In this document: piece by piece, positions 1 through 10,284 of the stretch
Position numbering within the stretch: the stretch's first letter is position 1
Layout of the letters: each line of letters opens with the position of its first letter
DNA from: Candidatus Komeilibacteria bacterium
GTDB taxonomy: Bacteria; Patescibacteriota; Patescibacteriia; UBA1558
DNA length: 64,000 nucleotides
Reading direction: 5' to 3'
Assembly (NCBI GenBank): GCA_048538275.1
Contig: JBLYPW010000001.1
Span: forward strand, 38,244-102,243
The notes under the pieces: generated by a model
Database searches by the model: none
Told to the model about the DNA's origin: nothing
What the model saw: the letters and a program-made list of their open reading frames with translations, nothing else
Translations under genes and position numbers: made by a program

Positions 1-15
1 CTTTGATTGATGAAA

Positions 16-216
16 TTATTTTGGCCATACCCGTTTGATAGCCTCAAGAATTTCTTTTTCTGAATAATGAGCGTATTCTCGGAACGCTCCTTTTTCAATG
101 AGACAAAGCAGCTTTGTCTGTAATGCCTCGGGGGTTATATTGTCCAGGCTACTATGTGCTTGGACGAAATCTTTTATGGCACCTTGTTCAACCGCTGTCA
201 CTGCTCCTACCGACAT
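16..216 (-). CDS. hypothetical small protein (66 aa)
   Basis: Six-frame ORF with no recognisable motif; stop codon at 16-18. Confidence 0.3.
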   Translation of the reverse strand: MSVGAVTAVEQGAIKDFVQAHSSLDNITPEALQTKLLCLIEKGAFREYAHYSEKEILEAIKRVWPK

Positions 217-364
217 ATCTCCTCCTTTTGACTTTTGTACTTACTCTTTTTAGATTATAGTATAAATAGAGCATAGTCAAGTGATTTTTATTATTGTGGT
301 ATTGACAATATTTATTAAATATGATATACATATATATTGACTAAATAATCTAAAATTCTTAAAT

Positions 365-1789
365 ATGGTCAAAAATAAGGTTTTTTCTTTTTTTATAGTG
401 CTTTTATTGTTATTATCTCCTATTTTAGCTAGGGCAACGGATTGGCAGATTAGCGATATAAGCATTAGCAATTTGCTTAATGGTCGAGCCACTTTACAGT
501 GGTCAACTTTTGGCATGCCTACGCGTGCAACAATTTATTATGGTTCTGATCCGGATAATTTGACTCATAGTATTGGCTATGGCAGCTTTGCTTATAGCCA
601 CACTACTTATTTAACCGGCTTGGCTGTGGATACTGATTATTATTATAAAATTTATGCTTGGTCTGCAGACGGACAAAATCAGGAAACGTTTATCCTGACT
701 TTTAATACAGATGATATGGTTGATACCGAGCGCCCAACCATTATTAGCGAAGAAATTTTGCAAGTGACTCGGGATGCCGTGGCATTGACTTGGCAAACCA
801 ACGAATTAACCAAAGCGGAAATATCTTATGGGCCCAACAGCGATGATTGGGACAAGACTAGTCGCTATAATAGTTATGATATTGATCATGATTTTATTAT
901 CACTGGATTGACTAGCTATCAGAATTATTACTTACGTATCAAAGTATACGATAAGGCCGGCAATGAGCGTTTGGGTAAATTGTGGAATTTTAATACCACC
1001 GGTAGCTATGATAGGTTGAGTGATTTGCAAATAGATAATATAGAGCCGCTTAGTTTTGACCCCAATATGATTTTTGCGGACAGCGCAATTATTGCTTGGG
1101 AGACGAATTTGGTGGCGCGTGGTTCTGTGTATTATGGCACCGAATCAGGTCATTATAATAAGAGAGTAGACGTGAATCAGGATAAAAAAGCATTGGCAGG
1201 GCGAGCTATCTTGCGGGATTTGCAACCGGGCACAGTCTATTATTATAAAATAAAAGCTTATGACAGTCTTTATAATAAACGTGTAGAAACGGTAGAGCAT
1301 ACTTTTGTTACGGTTGCTACTCAGCCTAATGAATCTGCTATTATCATTGAGGATCAACCTAGTGGATTAGTAGATGCGGACAGTGACGGCTTATTGAATG
1401 ATTATGAAAATTCCATTGGTACCAATCCATTGGTGGCTGACACTGATGGTGATGGCTATCCTGACGGTTTAGAGGTAAGCAATGGTTATAATCCCTTGGG
1501 CACTGGCCGTTGGCAAGAAAGTGCTTTTGCTTATGGCAAGCCCCGGGCGTCTCTGGCGGTTGAGCAAAACGCTGCTCAGTATTTGCGCCAGGTTTTGCAG
1601 GCTAATGCTATTAGCAAAGCTTTGCCGGCCGCTACTTGGTATCGTATGATTAACGCTTATGTCTATGGTAATTATCCGGTGGAAGCAATCGTGCAAGCGG
1701 TGCGTTGGGGTGGTAAGACAGTGCATCCTACCATTCCTTGGAGCGCTTGGCGCCATAGCTTTGATTATAATAGTTATATAGATAGATAA
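365..1789 (+). CDS. secreted protein with FN3/purple-acid-phosphatase-N-like beta-sandwich repeats and thrombospondin type-3-like Ca-binding Asp-rich repeats
   Basis: N-terminal signal peptide/TM (MVKNKVFSFFIVLLLLLSPILARA). Repeated YYYKIxAW / YYLRIKVYD / YYYKIKAYD motifs. DADSDGLLNDYE...DTDGDGYPDGLE calcium-binding-type repeats. Confidence 0.55.
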   Translation: MVKNKVFSFFIVLLLLLSPILARATDWQISDISISNLLNGRATLQWSTFGMPTRATIYYGSDPDNLTHSIGYGSFAYSHTTYLTGLAVDTDYYYKIYAWSADGQNQETFILTFNTDDMVDTERPTIISEEILQVTRDAVALTWQTNELTKAEISYGPNSDDWDKTSRYNSYDIDHDFIITGLTSYQNYYLRIKVYDKAGNERLGKLWNFNTTGSYDRLSDLQIDNIEPLSFDPNMIFADSAIIAWETNLVARGSVYYGTESGHYNKRVDVNQDKKALAGRAILRDLQPGTVYYYKIKAYDSLYNKRVETVEHTFVTVATQPNESAIIIEDQPSGLVDADSDGLLNDYENSIGTNPLVADTDGDGYPDGLEVSNGYNPLGTGRWQESAFAYGKPRASLAVEQNAAQYLRQVLQANAISKALPAATWYRMINAYVYGNYPVEAIVQAVRWGGKTVHPTIPWSAWRHSFDYNSYIDR

Positions 1790-1800
1790 TTTATATAAAC

Positions 1801-1833
1801 GGCACCGCATCGACAGATGCGGTGCTTTGTTTT
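1801..1833 (+). terminator. rho-independent terminator
   Basis: Perfect 10-bp stem gcaccgcatc/gatgcggtgc with loop gaca, followed by tttgtttt, directly after the stop of the 365-1789 gene. Confidence 0.7.
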
Positions 1834-1844
1834 ATCATGGTTTT

Positions 1845-2600
1845 ATGCAGTATAAATGGATTATCACTGTTATTATCATCCTAGCTTTAGGCGGTGGTTG
1901 GCATTATCGTCATAATTTAAACTTATGGTGGCAGCAACAACAGTTACCGCCAGCAGTTTATCGGCAGACAGGCAATGGTTTGAACAATGTAGAGGTTCAA
2001 GCCAATTTGGAATTGGCAGAGCAAGCAGAGCCAGATAATTTACCATTACAGATAAATTTAGCCGTGCCCTTTATGGTTCAAGCACCACAAGCCAATTGGT
2101 CTCTCCCTTATCAGGAGGCTTGTGAAGAGGCGGCATTGATTATGGCACATTATTATAAATTAAAAAAAGAATTAGATCCGGTATTAGCGGATCAAGAAAT
2201 TCAGAAATTGGTTGATTGGCAAAATATTCATCGTGATGATTATAAAGACACTACGATAGCAGAAACAGCCGCTATTGCTGAGGAGTATTGGGGCGACAAG
2301 GCAAAGATTATCAATCACCCGACCATAGATATGATTAAACAAGAGTTGGCGCATGGTTATCCGGTCATAGCGCCATTTTATGGCCGGGCATTAGGCAATC
2401 AGTATTATAGCGGTGACGGCCCTTTGTATCATATGCTAGTTATTAAGGGGTATTTTGATGATAAATTTATTACTAATGATCCGGGCACTAAGCGAGGGGC
2501 TGATTATGTTTATGATGCTGATATTATTATGCGAGCAATGCATGACTGGAACGGTGGTCAGGTGGAGACTGGTCAAGCGGTGATTTTTGTGTTAAAGTGA
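1845..2600 (+). CDS. membrane-anchored peptidase C39-like domain protein
   Basis: N-terminal TM helix. QEACEEAALIMAHYY (Cys region) and YHMLVIKGYFDDKFITNDPG (His region) resemble the Peptidase_C39_2/BtrH-like fold. The ORF track begins at a TTG; the first ATG is at 1845. Confidence 0.45.
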   Translation: MQYKWIITVIIILALGGGWHYRHNLNLWWQQQQLPPAVYRQTGNGLNNVEVQANLELAEQAEPDNLPLQINLAVPFMVQAPQANWSLPYQEACEEAALIMAHYYKLKKELDPVLADQEIQKLVDWQNIHRDDYKDTTIAETAAIAEEYWGDKAKIINHPTIDMIKQELAHGYPVIAPFYGRALGNQYYSGDGPLYHMLVIKGYFDDKFITNDPGTKRGADYVYDADIIMRAMHDWNGGQVETGQAVIFVLK

Positions 2601-2633
2601 TAAAAATCAGTACTTTCAAATGAAGGAGGGAAA

Positions 2634-3062
2634 ATGTCAGAAATTGTGAAAGGAGTGTTGGCTTTGGAGGTAATTGGTGAAGTTCACACCAAACATCTAC
2701 AAGTCAAGGCAATGTGTAATATTCTTTTTAGCACTAAAAATATAAAGACAGCGGTAGTGAGAAAAATATTACTGGAGGATCTTTTGTATCCTATATTGCA
2801 ATATTATATTTTTAATATTCATTCGGATCGTCTGGATCAGTTGAGAGCGGCTCAGGGTAAATTAAAATTATATTGGTTTGATAGCCTGACAAGCACAAAG
2901 CAGCTTTATGATTATTGGCGACATATTGATTTCTCCAATTATCCCGCGCTGGTAGATGTTTGGGTTGATAGGTTGTATCTTTTTTCTCGTCGTTTTGAAG
3001 ATGATATCTGGGATGAAGAATTGTTTTTACAATTTGATCACGATTTGAATGCAAAAAAATAA
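2634..3062 (+). CDS. hypothetical protein (142 aa)
   Basis: ORF preceded by a strong SD (aaggaggg) 7 nt upstream. Confidence 0.4.
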   Translation: MSEIVKGVLALEVIGEVHTKHLQVKAMCNILFSTKNIKTAVVRKILLEDLLYPILQYYIFNIHSDRLDQLRAAQGKLKLYWFDSLTSTKQLYDYWRHIDFSNYPALVDVWVDRLYLFSRRFEDDIWDEELFLQFDHDLNAKK

Positions 3063-3063
3063 A

Positions 3064-3096
3064 AGACCGTCAGTTATGACGGTCTTGTTTTTTTGT
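3064..3096. terminator. bidirectional rho-independent terminator
   Basis: Stem aagaccgtc/gacggtctt with loop agttat, T-run on the + strand and A-run on the other side. It sits between the convergent genes 2634-3062 (+) and 3074-5314 (-). Confidence 0.6.
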
Positions 3097-5314
3097 TCTT
3101 TTCTTCATAGTAACGGATTATTTTCCGTACCGATTGTTCCTCAGCGCGTGAGCTGTAATAGATGGTTTCTTCAGCAGAATCCTTATAGGCTAGTATAACC
3201 ACTTTTCCGTGATTGTGACGACCGGTTCTACCCAAGCGTTGGATATAGCGCCTGACATCACTGATCGGTTCATAAAAAACCAGAATATTAACGGCAGGAA
3301 AATCCAATCCTTCCTCACCGATAGAGGTGGCAACCAGTATTTGTATTTCTTTGTTGCGGTATTGTTCTAGGACTTGTTCCTGCTCTTTCTGCTTCATTCC
3401 GGGATCGCCATAATTGCTACTAGTGCCTGTTAGTTGGCCACAACTTACCTTGGGATGCTTCTTTTTTAGGAAGCGCATTATTTTGCGCAGACTATCACGA
3501 TATTTTACAAATATCAGCATCTGTTGCCCTTTTTCCAGGTCTTTAATCAGATCTGTAATAGCTTTCAATTTAGGATCACGCCAAGCATCGCTCCAATCAA
3601 TTTGATCATCTGCTGCCATCATGCTAGATAACTTGGGCGGGTAGTTATTAGTTGGCCAGATGTTGAAATGTACTAACCAAGAGATAATTTTCTTGATATT
3701 AGCATTTTTCATCATCAGTAGACAAGATGGTTTGGGAGCGGTTTTATATTCTACATACACTGTGAGTAAATAACCCGCTAGACGAGATACTCTTTCTTCC
3801 AGGTAGTCTAAGGCGTATTTTAGACGACATGTCAGGCTCCAAATAGTAAGCTGCTCAATGAGTGCGGCGTCGTTTTGATGTTTAGCTTGGACTTTTTTTA
3901 GCTCTACTTGCAGTGCATTACCTAGCTTTTCAAATCTATCCAGATGTATGTCTATGATTTTACCGCGATTATTAGTTTGACAATACCAGGACATGTCTTG
4001 GCGTATTAGCTGTTTGAGTTTTAGTATGCTTTTGGCTAATTCCAGCTGCAGTTTTCTTTTGATCGGTTCACGGAGCATGTCGGCAACAACGCCGAGAATA
4101 TAGTTATTTTTAGCGAAGAATCTGCGTGAGGGGCTAGGCGCTTTGTGATATTCGTAGAACTGTTTTTGCATGAAGTAGGTGAACTCGGGCATGCCGTAGT
4201 GTAAACGCTCTATGGCATTACCTAGTTTCATGGCGATTGCCCAATCTATCAGAGCAAAACCCTTTTCATGACGACTGGGTATCTGTTTTAGTATTACTTG
4301 CAGCTCTTCCATGAATTTATTGAACTGCTTGATGCGAATACCAACTACTTTGCCGGCCAGATTGCGATAAACGTAGTCTGATAAGTTTTTACCGCTTATT
4401 CTTTGTAGGCGTTTCCAGTTTTGCGTTAGCATCGTGATGAGTTGCTGTTTGTATAGCCTTTGTTGGGGTGATTGCTCTTTGTTTAAAAGGAGCAGTTTTT
4501 TAAAACGAAGGTATGTATATGGCTTTACATCAGGACTATCATAGCTTCTTACCAATACTTGGCTATCATCAATCTGTAGCTTTTTCTGTACTTCTATCAT
4601 TTTTGATAGATCGGCATCAGGACTAGCGGTTAATCCCGTGATGAGTGGAGGCTGACTGGCGGATAGGTAATGTTCAGCTATACGCGCATAGGCGTGATTA
4701 CCGCTAAGATGATGTACTTCGTCAAACACTATTAGACCGATATCCTCCGCTCTGCCCACACCACTGTTTTTTGCTAATTCTTCCAGGATTGTTTCTGCTG
4801 TAGCTACAATTATGTCATTTGTTTGCCACATTTTTGGCCTTTTCTTTTGGCTAATGCGACCAGTCAGATAAGCTGTTTTTGCTTTAGCCAAAGTTTTTGA
4901 CATTGCCATATCTTGTTGGATAGATAGTGGCTTTGTCGGAGTCAAAAATAACACCTTTTTGTTGGATTCTAAAATATGAACTGATTCCAAAATCGCAACA
5001 TAAGTTTTACCCAAACCCGTTGGCAGTATAACTAGTGAGTTATTTAGTAAAGCCTGGAGTGCGATAGCTATTATATATGGTCTAGCTTCAAAAGTGTCAT
5101 TCATCAACTGTGGGTGAAGCAAGTAGATATCTGGTGTACGCATAACGCGCGTGTGACTACTCACACCAAAGCCGGCATTTAAGATATTGCGCCACATCAC
5201 CGGCGATTTTTTTTCTTTACTCAACATTTCTTCCCGCCAAAAAATATCGGCTTGGGGATTAATGTCAAGTAAAGACATAAGATTCAGTTGCTGAGCTGTC
5301 TTTTTCTTGGACAT
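3074..5314 (-). CDS. SF2 helicase of the Hef/FANCM/RIG-I-like (DExH, TASP motif III) family, helicase-only
   Basis: Walker A PTGLGKT, motif II DEVHH, motif III GLTASP, motif VI QRLGRTGR. A large inserted domain lies between the RecA lobes. No C-terminal ERCC4 nuclease domain. Confidence 0.6.
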   Translation of the reverse strand: MSKKKTAQQLNLMSLLDINPQADIFWREEMLSKEKKSPVMWRNILNAGFGVSSHTRVMRTPDIYLLHPQLMNDTFEARPYIIAIALQALLNNSLVILPTGLGKTYVAILESVHILESNKKVLFLTPTKPLSIQQDMAMSKTLAKAKTAYLTGRISQKKRPKMWQTNDIIVATAETILEELAKNSGVGRAEDIGLIVFDEVHHLSGNHAYARIAEHYLSASQPPLITGLTASPDADLSKMIEVQKKLQIDDSQVLVRSYDSPDVKPYTYLRFKKLLLLNKEQSPQQRLYKQQLITMLTQNWKRLQRISGKNLSDYVYRNLAGKVVGIRIKQFNKFMEELQVILKQIPSRHEKGFALIDWAIAMKLGNAIERLHYGMPEFTYFMQKQFYEYHKAPSPSRRFFAKNNYILGVVADMLREPIKRKLQLELAKSILKLKQLIRQDMSWYCQTNNRGKIIDIHLDRFEKLGNALQVELKKVQAKHQNDAALIEQLTIWSLTCRLKYALDYLEERVSRLAGYLLTVYVEYKTAPKPSCLLMMKNANIKKIISWLVHFNIWPTNNYPPKLSSMMAADDQIDWSDAWRDPKLKAITDLIKDLEKGQQMLIFVKYRDSLRKIMRFLKKKHPKVSCGQLTGTSSNYGDPGMKQKEQEQVLEQYRNKEIQILVATSIGEEGLDFPAVNILVFYEPISDVRRYIQRLGRTGRHNHGKVVILAYKDSAEETIYYSSRAEEQSVRKIIRYYEEKNKKTRPS

Positions 5315-5465
5315 ATTATCCCTCCTTTTGGCGGATTGTTAAGGTTCGTATTTACTTTATCACTTTAGCTAATAGATTACTTTTTGGCAAGTGACCAAGG
5401 GAAATATAAATAAAAAACCACTCTATTAATGTGTCGGAAGTGGCTTTGGGTTATTTATGAATAAT

Positions 5466-5750
5466 TTAAGCCCTGCCCTTGAGGCGATCTTTGAGATTTT
5501 TACCGGCTTTAAATTTAGGTACAGTGACGGCAGGCATCATAATCTTTTCTTTAGGATTTAAAGGATTTACACCTTGTCTGGCTGTACGCAGGCGAGCAGA
5601 AAAAGTACCAAAACCGGTTAGGCTGACCTCATCCCCAGCCAATAATGTATTGGTAGTCGTATCGGTGAAAGCGTCAATGACTGCTTCAACTTCTTTTTTG
5701 CCGAGGCTGGTTTTCTCGGCTATGGTTTCTATTAGTTTAGCTTTATTCAT
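5466..5750 (-). CDS. hup: HU/IHF-family DNA-binding protein
   Basis: MNKAKLIETIAEKTSL...GFGTFSARLRTARQGVNP...PAVTVPKFKAGK matches the HU fold signature over its full length. Confidence 0.85.
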   Translation of the reverse strand: MNKAKLIETIAEKTSLGKKEVEAVIDAFTDTTTNTLLAGDEVSLTGFGTFSARLRTARQGVNPLNPKEKIMMPAVTVPKFKAGKNLKDRLKGRA

Positions 5751-5788
5751 GGGTATAAAGATTAACTACTTGTAGTATAGCGGTAAAT

Positions 5789-6637
5789 TCAATTGATTTC
5801 AACTAGGGCACGTAAAAGCTCAATTTTGTGGGCTTGAGCATTATTTGCATCTATTTCTAAATATATAGCGTGAGCTTCGGCTTGACCCCTTTCTGGTATT
5901 TGAAAAATTAACTTACCATTGTTAATAAAACGGTCTAAAATGATATCCTTGTCTATACCTAGGACTGATTGATAGGCGCCGGTCATACCAATGTCGGTGA
6001 TATAGGCAGTCCCATTGGGCATAATCTGAGCATCGGCGGTAGGGATGTGAGTATGAGTGCCATAAACAGCACTAGCGCGCCCGTCTAGATGCCAGCCCAT
6101 GGCTCTTTTTTCGCTACTGATCTCAGCATGAAAATCTACTATGATTATATCTGCTTGTCCACCGATTTTAGGATCGGCTAATAATTCGTCCACGGCGGTA
6201 AAAGGCGATTGGCTATTAGTTTGTCCGTCATTGCTTTTAGGGTCAATAGCTTTAATATTTACATCTCCTAAAAGGTTTATCACCAACAATTGTTTATCTC
6301 TTATGGTATGGAAGCAATAGCCATCACCTGGTTTGGTTAGAGGATTATTGTGAGGTGTGATTAAGTGAATGTCTGGCATTTTTCCCAAGGTGTGTGTGTC
6401 AGCATTGCGCCAGCTGTGGTTACCACCGGTCATTATATTGATACCAAGATCATGCATCTCTTGTATTGTTTTGGCAGTCACACCGCGACCATGAGCTAAG
6501 TTTTCAACATTAGCGATCCATAAATCAGGCTGGTATTTTTTTTCCCAGATGGGCATAATTTGAGCAACGGCGCGTCGGCCAATTTTACCCATAATATCCC
6601 CCCAAGCAATAATTTTTATAACATTGTTTTTAGGCAT
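5789..6637 (-). CDS. ymdB: YmdB-like metallophosphoesterase (2',3'-cyclic-nucleotide phosphodiesterase family)
   Basis: IAWGDIMGKIGRRAV...LWIANVENLAHGRG...GGNHSW motifs. It sits immediately downstream of rny, as in the Firmicutes rny-ymdB operon. Confidence 0.7.
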   Translation of the reverse strand: MPKNNVIKIIAWGDIMGKIGRRAVAQIMPIWEKKYQPDLWIANVENLAHGRGVTAKTIQEMHDLGINIMTGGNHSWRNADTHTLGKMPDIHLITPHNNPLTKPGDGYCFHTIRDKQLLVINLLGDVNIKAIDPKSNDGQTNSQSPFTAVDELLADPKIGGQADIIIVDFHAEISSEKRAMGWHLDGRASAVYGTHTHIPTADAQIMPNGTAYITDIGMTGAYQSVLGIDKDIILDRFINNGKLIFQIPERGQAEAHAIYLEIDANNAQAHKIELLRALVEIN

Positions 6638-6642
6638 GATGT

Positions 6643-8169
6643 TTAGCGGGCATACTCAATAACACGGGTTTCCCGAATAATATTTACTTTTATTTCTCCT
6701 GGGTATTTTAACTCTTGTTCAATTTTATCGGCAATATTGCGCGCCAATTTGGTAGCGGTGTAGTCATCTATTTCTTTGGGGTTCACAAATACTCTAATCT
6801 CACGACCGGCTTGAATAGCATAAGTATGGTCAACGCCGTCAAAACTATTAGCTACCGCTTCTAGTTCGTCTAGACGTTGGACATAATTTTCATAGGAATC
6901 TTTACGTGCACCGGGGCGGGCACCAGAAATAGCATCGGCTACTTTACAGATTATACCTTCTAAAGTTTTGGGGGCGTCTTCATGATGAGCAATGCAGAGA
7001 TAAGCCACTTCTTCGGGTAAGCCGAATTTTTTCAATATGTCATAGCCGATTTGCGGGTGACCGCCCTGGATTTCTTGATCTACCGCCTTGCCGATGTCGT
7101 GTAGCAAGCCACCTTTTTTACAAACAGCTACATTGGCATTTAATTCTTCTGCCAGTATAGTAGAAAGTTTGGCCACTTCTATAGCATGTAATAGTTGGTT
7201 TTGGCCATAACTAGTGCGGTATTTGAGGCGCCCGAGTAGCATCACTAGCTTAGGATCTAAGCCGGTGATACCCAGTTCGTATAGAGTATCTTCGCCTGCT
7301 TTTTTAATATCCAAAGCTAATTCTTTTTTAGCCTCTTCTACTACTGTTTCTATTCTGCCGGGGTGAATACGGCCATCGCTAATTAATTTATCTAAAGCTC
7401 GTTTAGCTAAATGGCGACGAATGGGATTGAAGCCTGATACCAAGATGCTTTCCGGGGTATCGTCAATAATTATCTCAACACCGGTTAATTGTTCTATGGC
7501 TTTAATATTGCGCCCTTCACGGCCAATAATACGTCCCTTCATTTCGTCAGAAGGTAGGTTCACAACCGTGGTTGTGGTTTCTATGGCATGGGAGTGGGAA
7601 ATTCTTTGAATAGCTGTGCCAATCAGTTCTTTAGCTCTATTTTCTAGATCTTCTGTGGACATGGCTTGTAGTTTGTGGATACGACCCAGTAAATCGTTTT
7701 TGATTTTTTCTTCAGTATTATTGATCAATATTTCCTGCGCCTGTTCTTGGCTCAATTGGCCAATTTGTTCTAGCTTTTCCATTTGTCTGGCTTTGACTTG
7801 CTCTATTTCTTTTTTGAGTGCTTCCACCTGTTTAGCTTTATCATAAAGTTTTTGTTGACGATTTTCTAGGTCCATTAACTTTTGATCAAACAAGCCTTCA
7901 CGTTTTTCCAAGCGCTGTTGGAGATGATTAATCTCTTTGCGTCTTTCCTCAGCCTCATTATTAGCTTTATCTAAGACTTTGATGGATTTGTCACTTGCTT
8001 CCAGCAGGATTTGTTTTTGTTTGGTTTTGGCTTCAGTGATGATATCTTCGGCTTTGCGTTCGGCTGAATCAATAGATCGGAAGCCTACATATTTACGGAT
8101 AAGATAGCCAATGCTAAAACCCGCTAGAGCGATTACCACTAGGGCTATTATCCAAAAAACTGTTGTCAT
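6643..8169 (-). CDS. rny: ribonuclease Y
   Basis: N-terminal TM helix, long coiled-coil, KH domain (IIGREGRNIKAIEQLTGVEIIIDD) and HD domain (HDIGKA...AHHEDAP). Confidence 0.85.
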   Translation of the reverse strand: MTTVFWIIALVVIALAGFSIGYLIRKYVGFRSIDSAERKAEDIITEAKTKQKQILLEASDKSIKVLDKANNEAEERRKEINHLQQRLEKREGLFDQKLMDLENRQQKLYDKAKQVEALKKEIEQVKARQMEKLEQIGQLSQEQAQEILINNTEEKIKNDLLGRIHKLQAMSTEDLENRAKELIGTAIQRISHSHAIETTTTVVNLPSDEMKGRIIGREGRNIKAIEQLTGVEIIIDDTPESILVSGFNPIRRHLAKRALDKLISDGRIHPGRIETVVEEAKKELALDIKKAGEDTLYELGITGLDPKLVMLLGRLKYRTSYGQNQLLHAIEVAKLSTILAEELNANVAVCKKGGLLHDIGKAVDQEIQGGHPQIGYDILKKFGLPEEVAYLCIAHHEDAPKTLEGIICKVADAISGARPGARKDSYENYVQRLDELEAVANSFDGVDHTYAIQAGREIRVFVNPKEIDDYTATKLARNIADKIEQELKYPGEIKVNIIRETRVIEYAR

Positions 8170-8436
8170 ATTAGTGCCTTTCTAGACTGGCTAAAAAGGG
8201 ATCTGACAGATAAAAGTAGAGACAAAAATCATTACCACCTTTATGTGGTGGACTTTAGTTTAATTTGATAATTTGTCTGTTTATGAAGGTTTATAGTAGT
8301 TGAAGTTAATTTGTTTCTGGCAAAAGAATCAATGCTGACCATAAACTAATATTGATTGTCAGTCCTTTTTCCCGGTTTTATTTATTTAAGAAGTGATTCA
8401 AGCATAACATAAAGATCTTATAAAATCAAGTAAATA

Positions 8437-8461
8437 AAATCCCCCAATTTTGGGGGATTTG
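8437..8461 (-). terminator. putative rho-independent terminator downstream of clpP
   Basis: Hairpin aaatccccca/tgggggattt with loop attt, flanked by A/T runs. It lies 3' of clpP on the minus strand. Confidence 0.45.
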
Positions 8462-8513
8462 TTCATTGAGGAGGTGCTAGGCTGTAGGGTGGATGGTATT
8501 ATGGGATATTTTA

Positions 8514-9089
8514 TTATTTGATGATTTTATCTACCAGACCATATTTAATAGCTTCTTCGGCAGACATAAAGTAGTCGCGATCGGTATCTTTTTCTATTTT
8601 TTTAATTGATTGTCCGGTGTGATTGGCTAAGATATGATTCATTCTTTCTTTTATTTTGAGAATGTGTTCGGCTCGTATTTTTATATCGGTAGCTTGTCCT
8701 TCAGCACCGCCCATTACTTGATGTAGCATTACTTCGGCATTAGGCAAAATAAATCTCTTGCCCTTTTTGCCGGCGGCTAACAGTACGGCAGCCATGGAGC
8801 TGGAACTGCCAATACAAATAGTTGAGACTGGTGCTTTAGCGTATTGCATGGTGTCATAAATAGCTAGGCCAGCGGTGACTGAGCCACCCGGAGAATTGAT
8901 ATAAAGCTTTATGTCTTGTTTATTATCTTGGCTGTCTAAGAATAGTATTTGGGCAATAATAGCATTAGCGACGTCGTCGTTTATAGCCGTTCCCAAGAAA
9001 ATAATTCTTTCTTTCAATAGACGAGAATAAATATCATAAGCTCTTTCGCCAAAGTTAGATTTTTCTATCACGGTAGGTATTAAATGCAT
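8514..9089 (-). CDS. clpP: ATP-dependent Clp protease proteolytic subunit
   Basis: Full-length ClpP similarity ([23 protein letters not shown]...[18 protein letters not shown]...). A Ser/His/Asp triad region is present. Confidence 0.9.
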   Translation of the reverse strand: MHLIPTVIEKSNFGERAYDIYSRLLKERIIFLGTAINDDVANAIIAQILFLDSQDNKQDIKLYINSPGGSVTAGLAIYDTMQYAKAPVSTICIGSSSSMAAVLLAAGKKGKRFILPNAEVMLHQVMGGAEGQATDIKIRAEHILKIKERMNHILANHTGQSIKKIEKDTDRDYFMSAEEAIKYGLVDKIIK

Positions 9090-9208
9090 AAGTTTATTGG
9101 TTTAATAGTCAAGTTGTTTTAATAATAGCTGATTTATGAGTAAAAGTAAAAGGTTGTCATAAGGCTTTATTGTAGCATCAAAGCATTTATAATGTTTTCA
9201 ATTTTTAT

Positions 9209-10174
9209 TTATATTAGATTGATATTATCTCCATTTTGTTGAATTTTTCCAGAAATGACAAAGCCGGAGGCTTTTTGATGTCCGCCGCCGCCCAGAGCCT
9301 TGGCTAGAGCAGCTACGTTTATATGATCGTGTATAGTGCGCAAACTGCCCTTGATATAGCCGTCCGGCGTTTCTGTTAGCAACATGATTAGATTAACATC
9401 TTCCATACTTTGTAGAAAGTTTATAATGCCCGTTGTGTCATTATCATCTAATCCTAATTCTATAAAATCAGTATGCAGAATAAAGGTATAAATAGCCCCA
9501 AAGCGAGGATTGAAACGAATCCTTTCCAAGGCGCGACCCCATAATTGTAAGGCGGCTTCGGATTTGGTACGCCAATTTTGTTTTAATACCTGAGAATAAT
9601 GCCCACCAAATTTTAGTAGACTGGCTACCGTTTCTAAGGTGTCTGCGCTGGTGGCAGCATTAGTTAAGAAGCCGGTATCGGTGACAATGCCATTCAATAA
9701 GCAAGTTGCTAGCCGACTATTAATAGGGGCGTGCCAATGTCTAGCTAAATTATATAGCACCTCGCAAGTTGATGAGGCTTTTGTATCAATATAGTTTAGA
9801 TCGCCATAAGCATCATTGGTAACATGGTGATCAATATTAATCAGCGTGAAGTTTTTAGGTTTGCCCATCAATAGTTTATCAATACCAGCGTATTGTAAAG
9901 ATCCAGAATCTGTAACAATAACAATATCGTGATTTTTTTTCCAAATATTTTTATCTTGAGTAATGCGTTGGCTATGAGGTAAATAGTCAAAATTATCCGG
10001 TACCTTTGTTAAACAAAAAGCGTCGGCTGCTATGCCCCAATTTTGTAAAATTTCTAATAATGCCGTAGTAGCGCCGGTAGTGTCGCCATCTGGATTTTTG
10101 TGCGCCACAATCAAAACATTGCGCGCGTTGCGTAATCGTTTTTGAATATGGTATTGTTGGTCCAGATTGGCCAT
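9209..10174 (-). CDS. nrnA: DHH/DHHA1-family phosphoesterase (NrnA-like nanoRNase/pAp phosphatase)
   Basis: DHH motif NIDHHVTN, DHHA1 GGGGHQKASGF, and an N-terminal HKNPDGDTTGA motif. Confidence 0.7.
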   Translation of the reverse strand: MANLDQQYHIQKRLRNARNVLIVAHKNPDGDTTGATTALLEILQNWGIAADAFCLTKVPDNFDYLPHSQRITQDKNIWKKNHDIVIVTDSGSLQYAGIDKLLMGKPKNFTLINIDHHVTNDAYGDLNYIDTKASSTCEVLYNLARHWHAPINSRLATCLLNGIVTDTGFLTNAATSADTLETVASLLKFGGHYSQVLKQNWRTKSEAALQLWGRALERIRFNPRFGAIYTFILHTDFIELGLDDNDTTGIINFLQSMEDVNLIMLLTETPDGYIKGSLRTIHDHINVAALAKALGGGGHQKASGFVISGKIQQNGDNINLI

Positions 10175-10284
10175 GCGCAATTTGAGTTAATTTAATACAC
10201 TATATTAACACACAACATTTGTCAATGTCAGGCCATAAATAAAAAAACCATCCGGAGAAAAGGCAGGGGGCGGTTTTGTTCATT

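Noticed and set aside
5479-5775. 98-aa plus-strand ORF
   Set aside because: It is fully antisense to the clearly recognisable HU gene.
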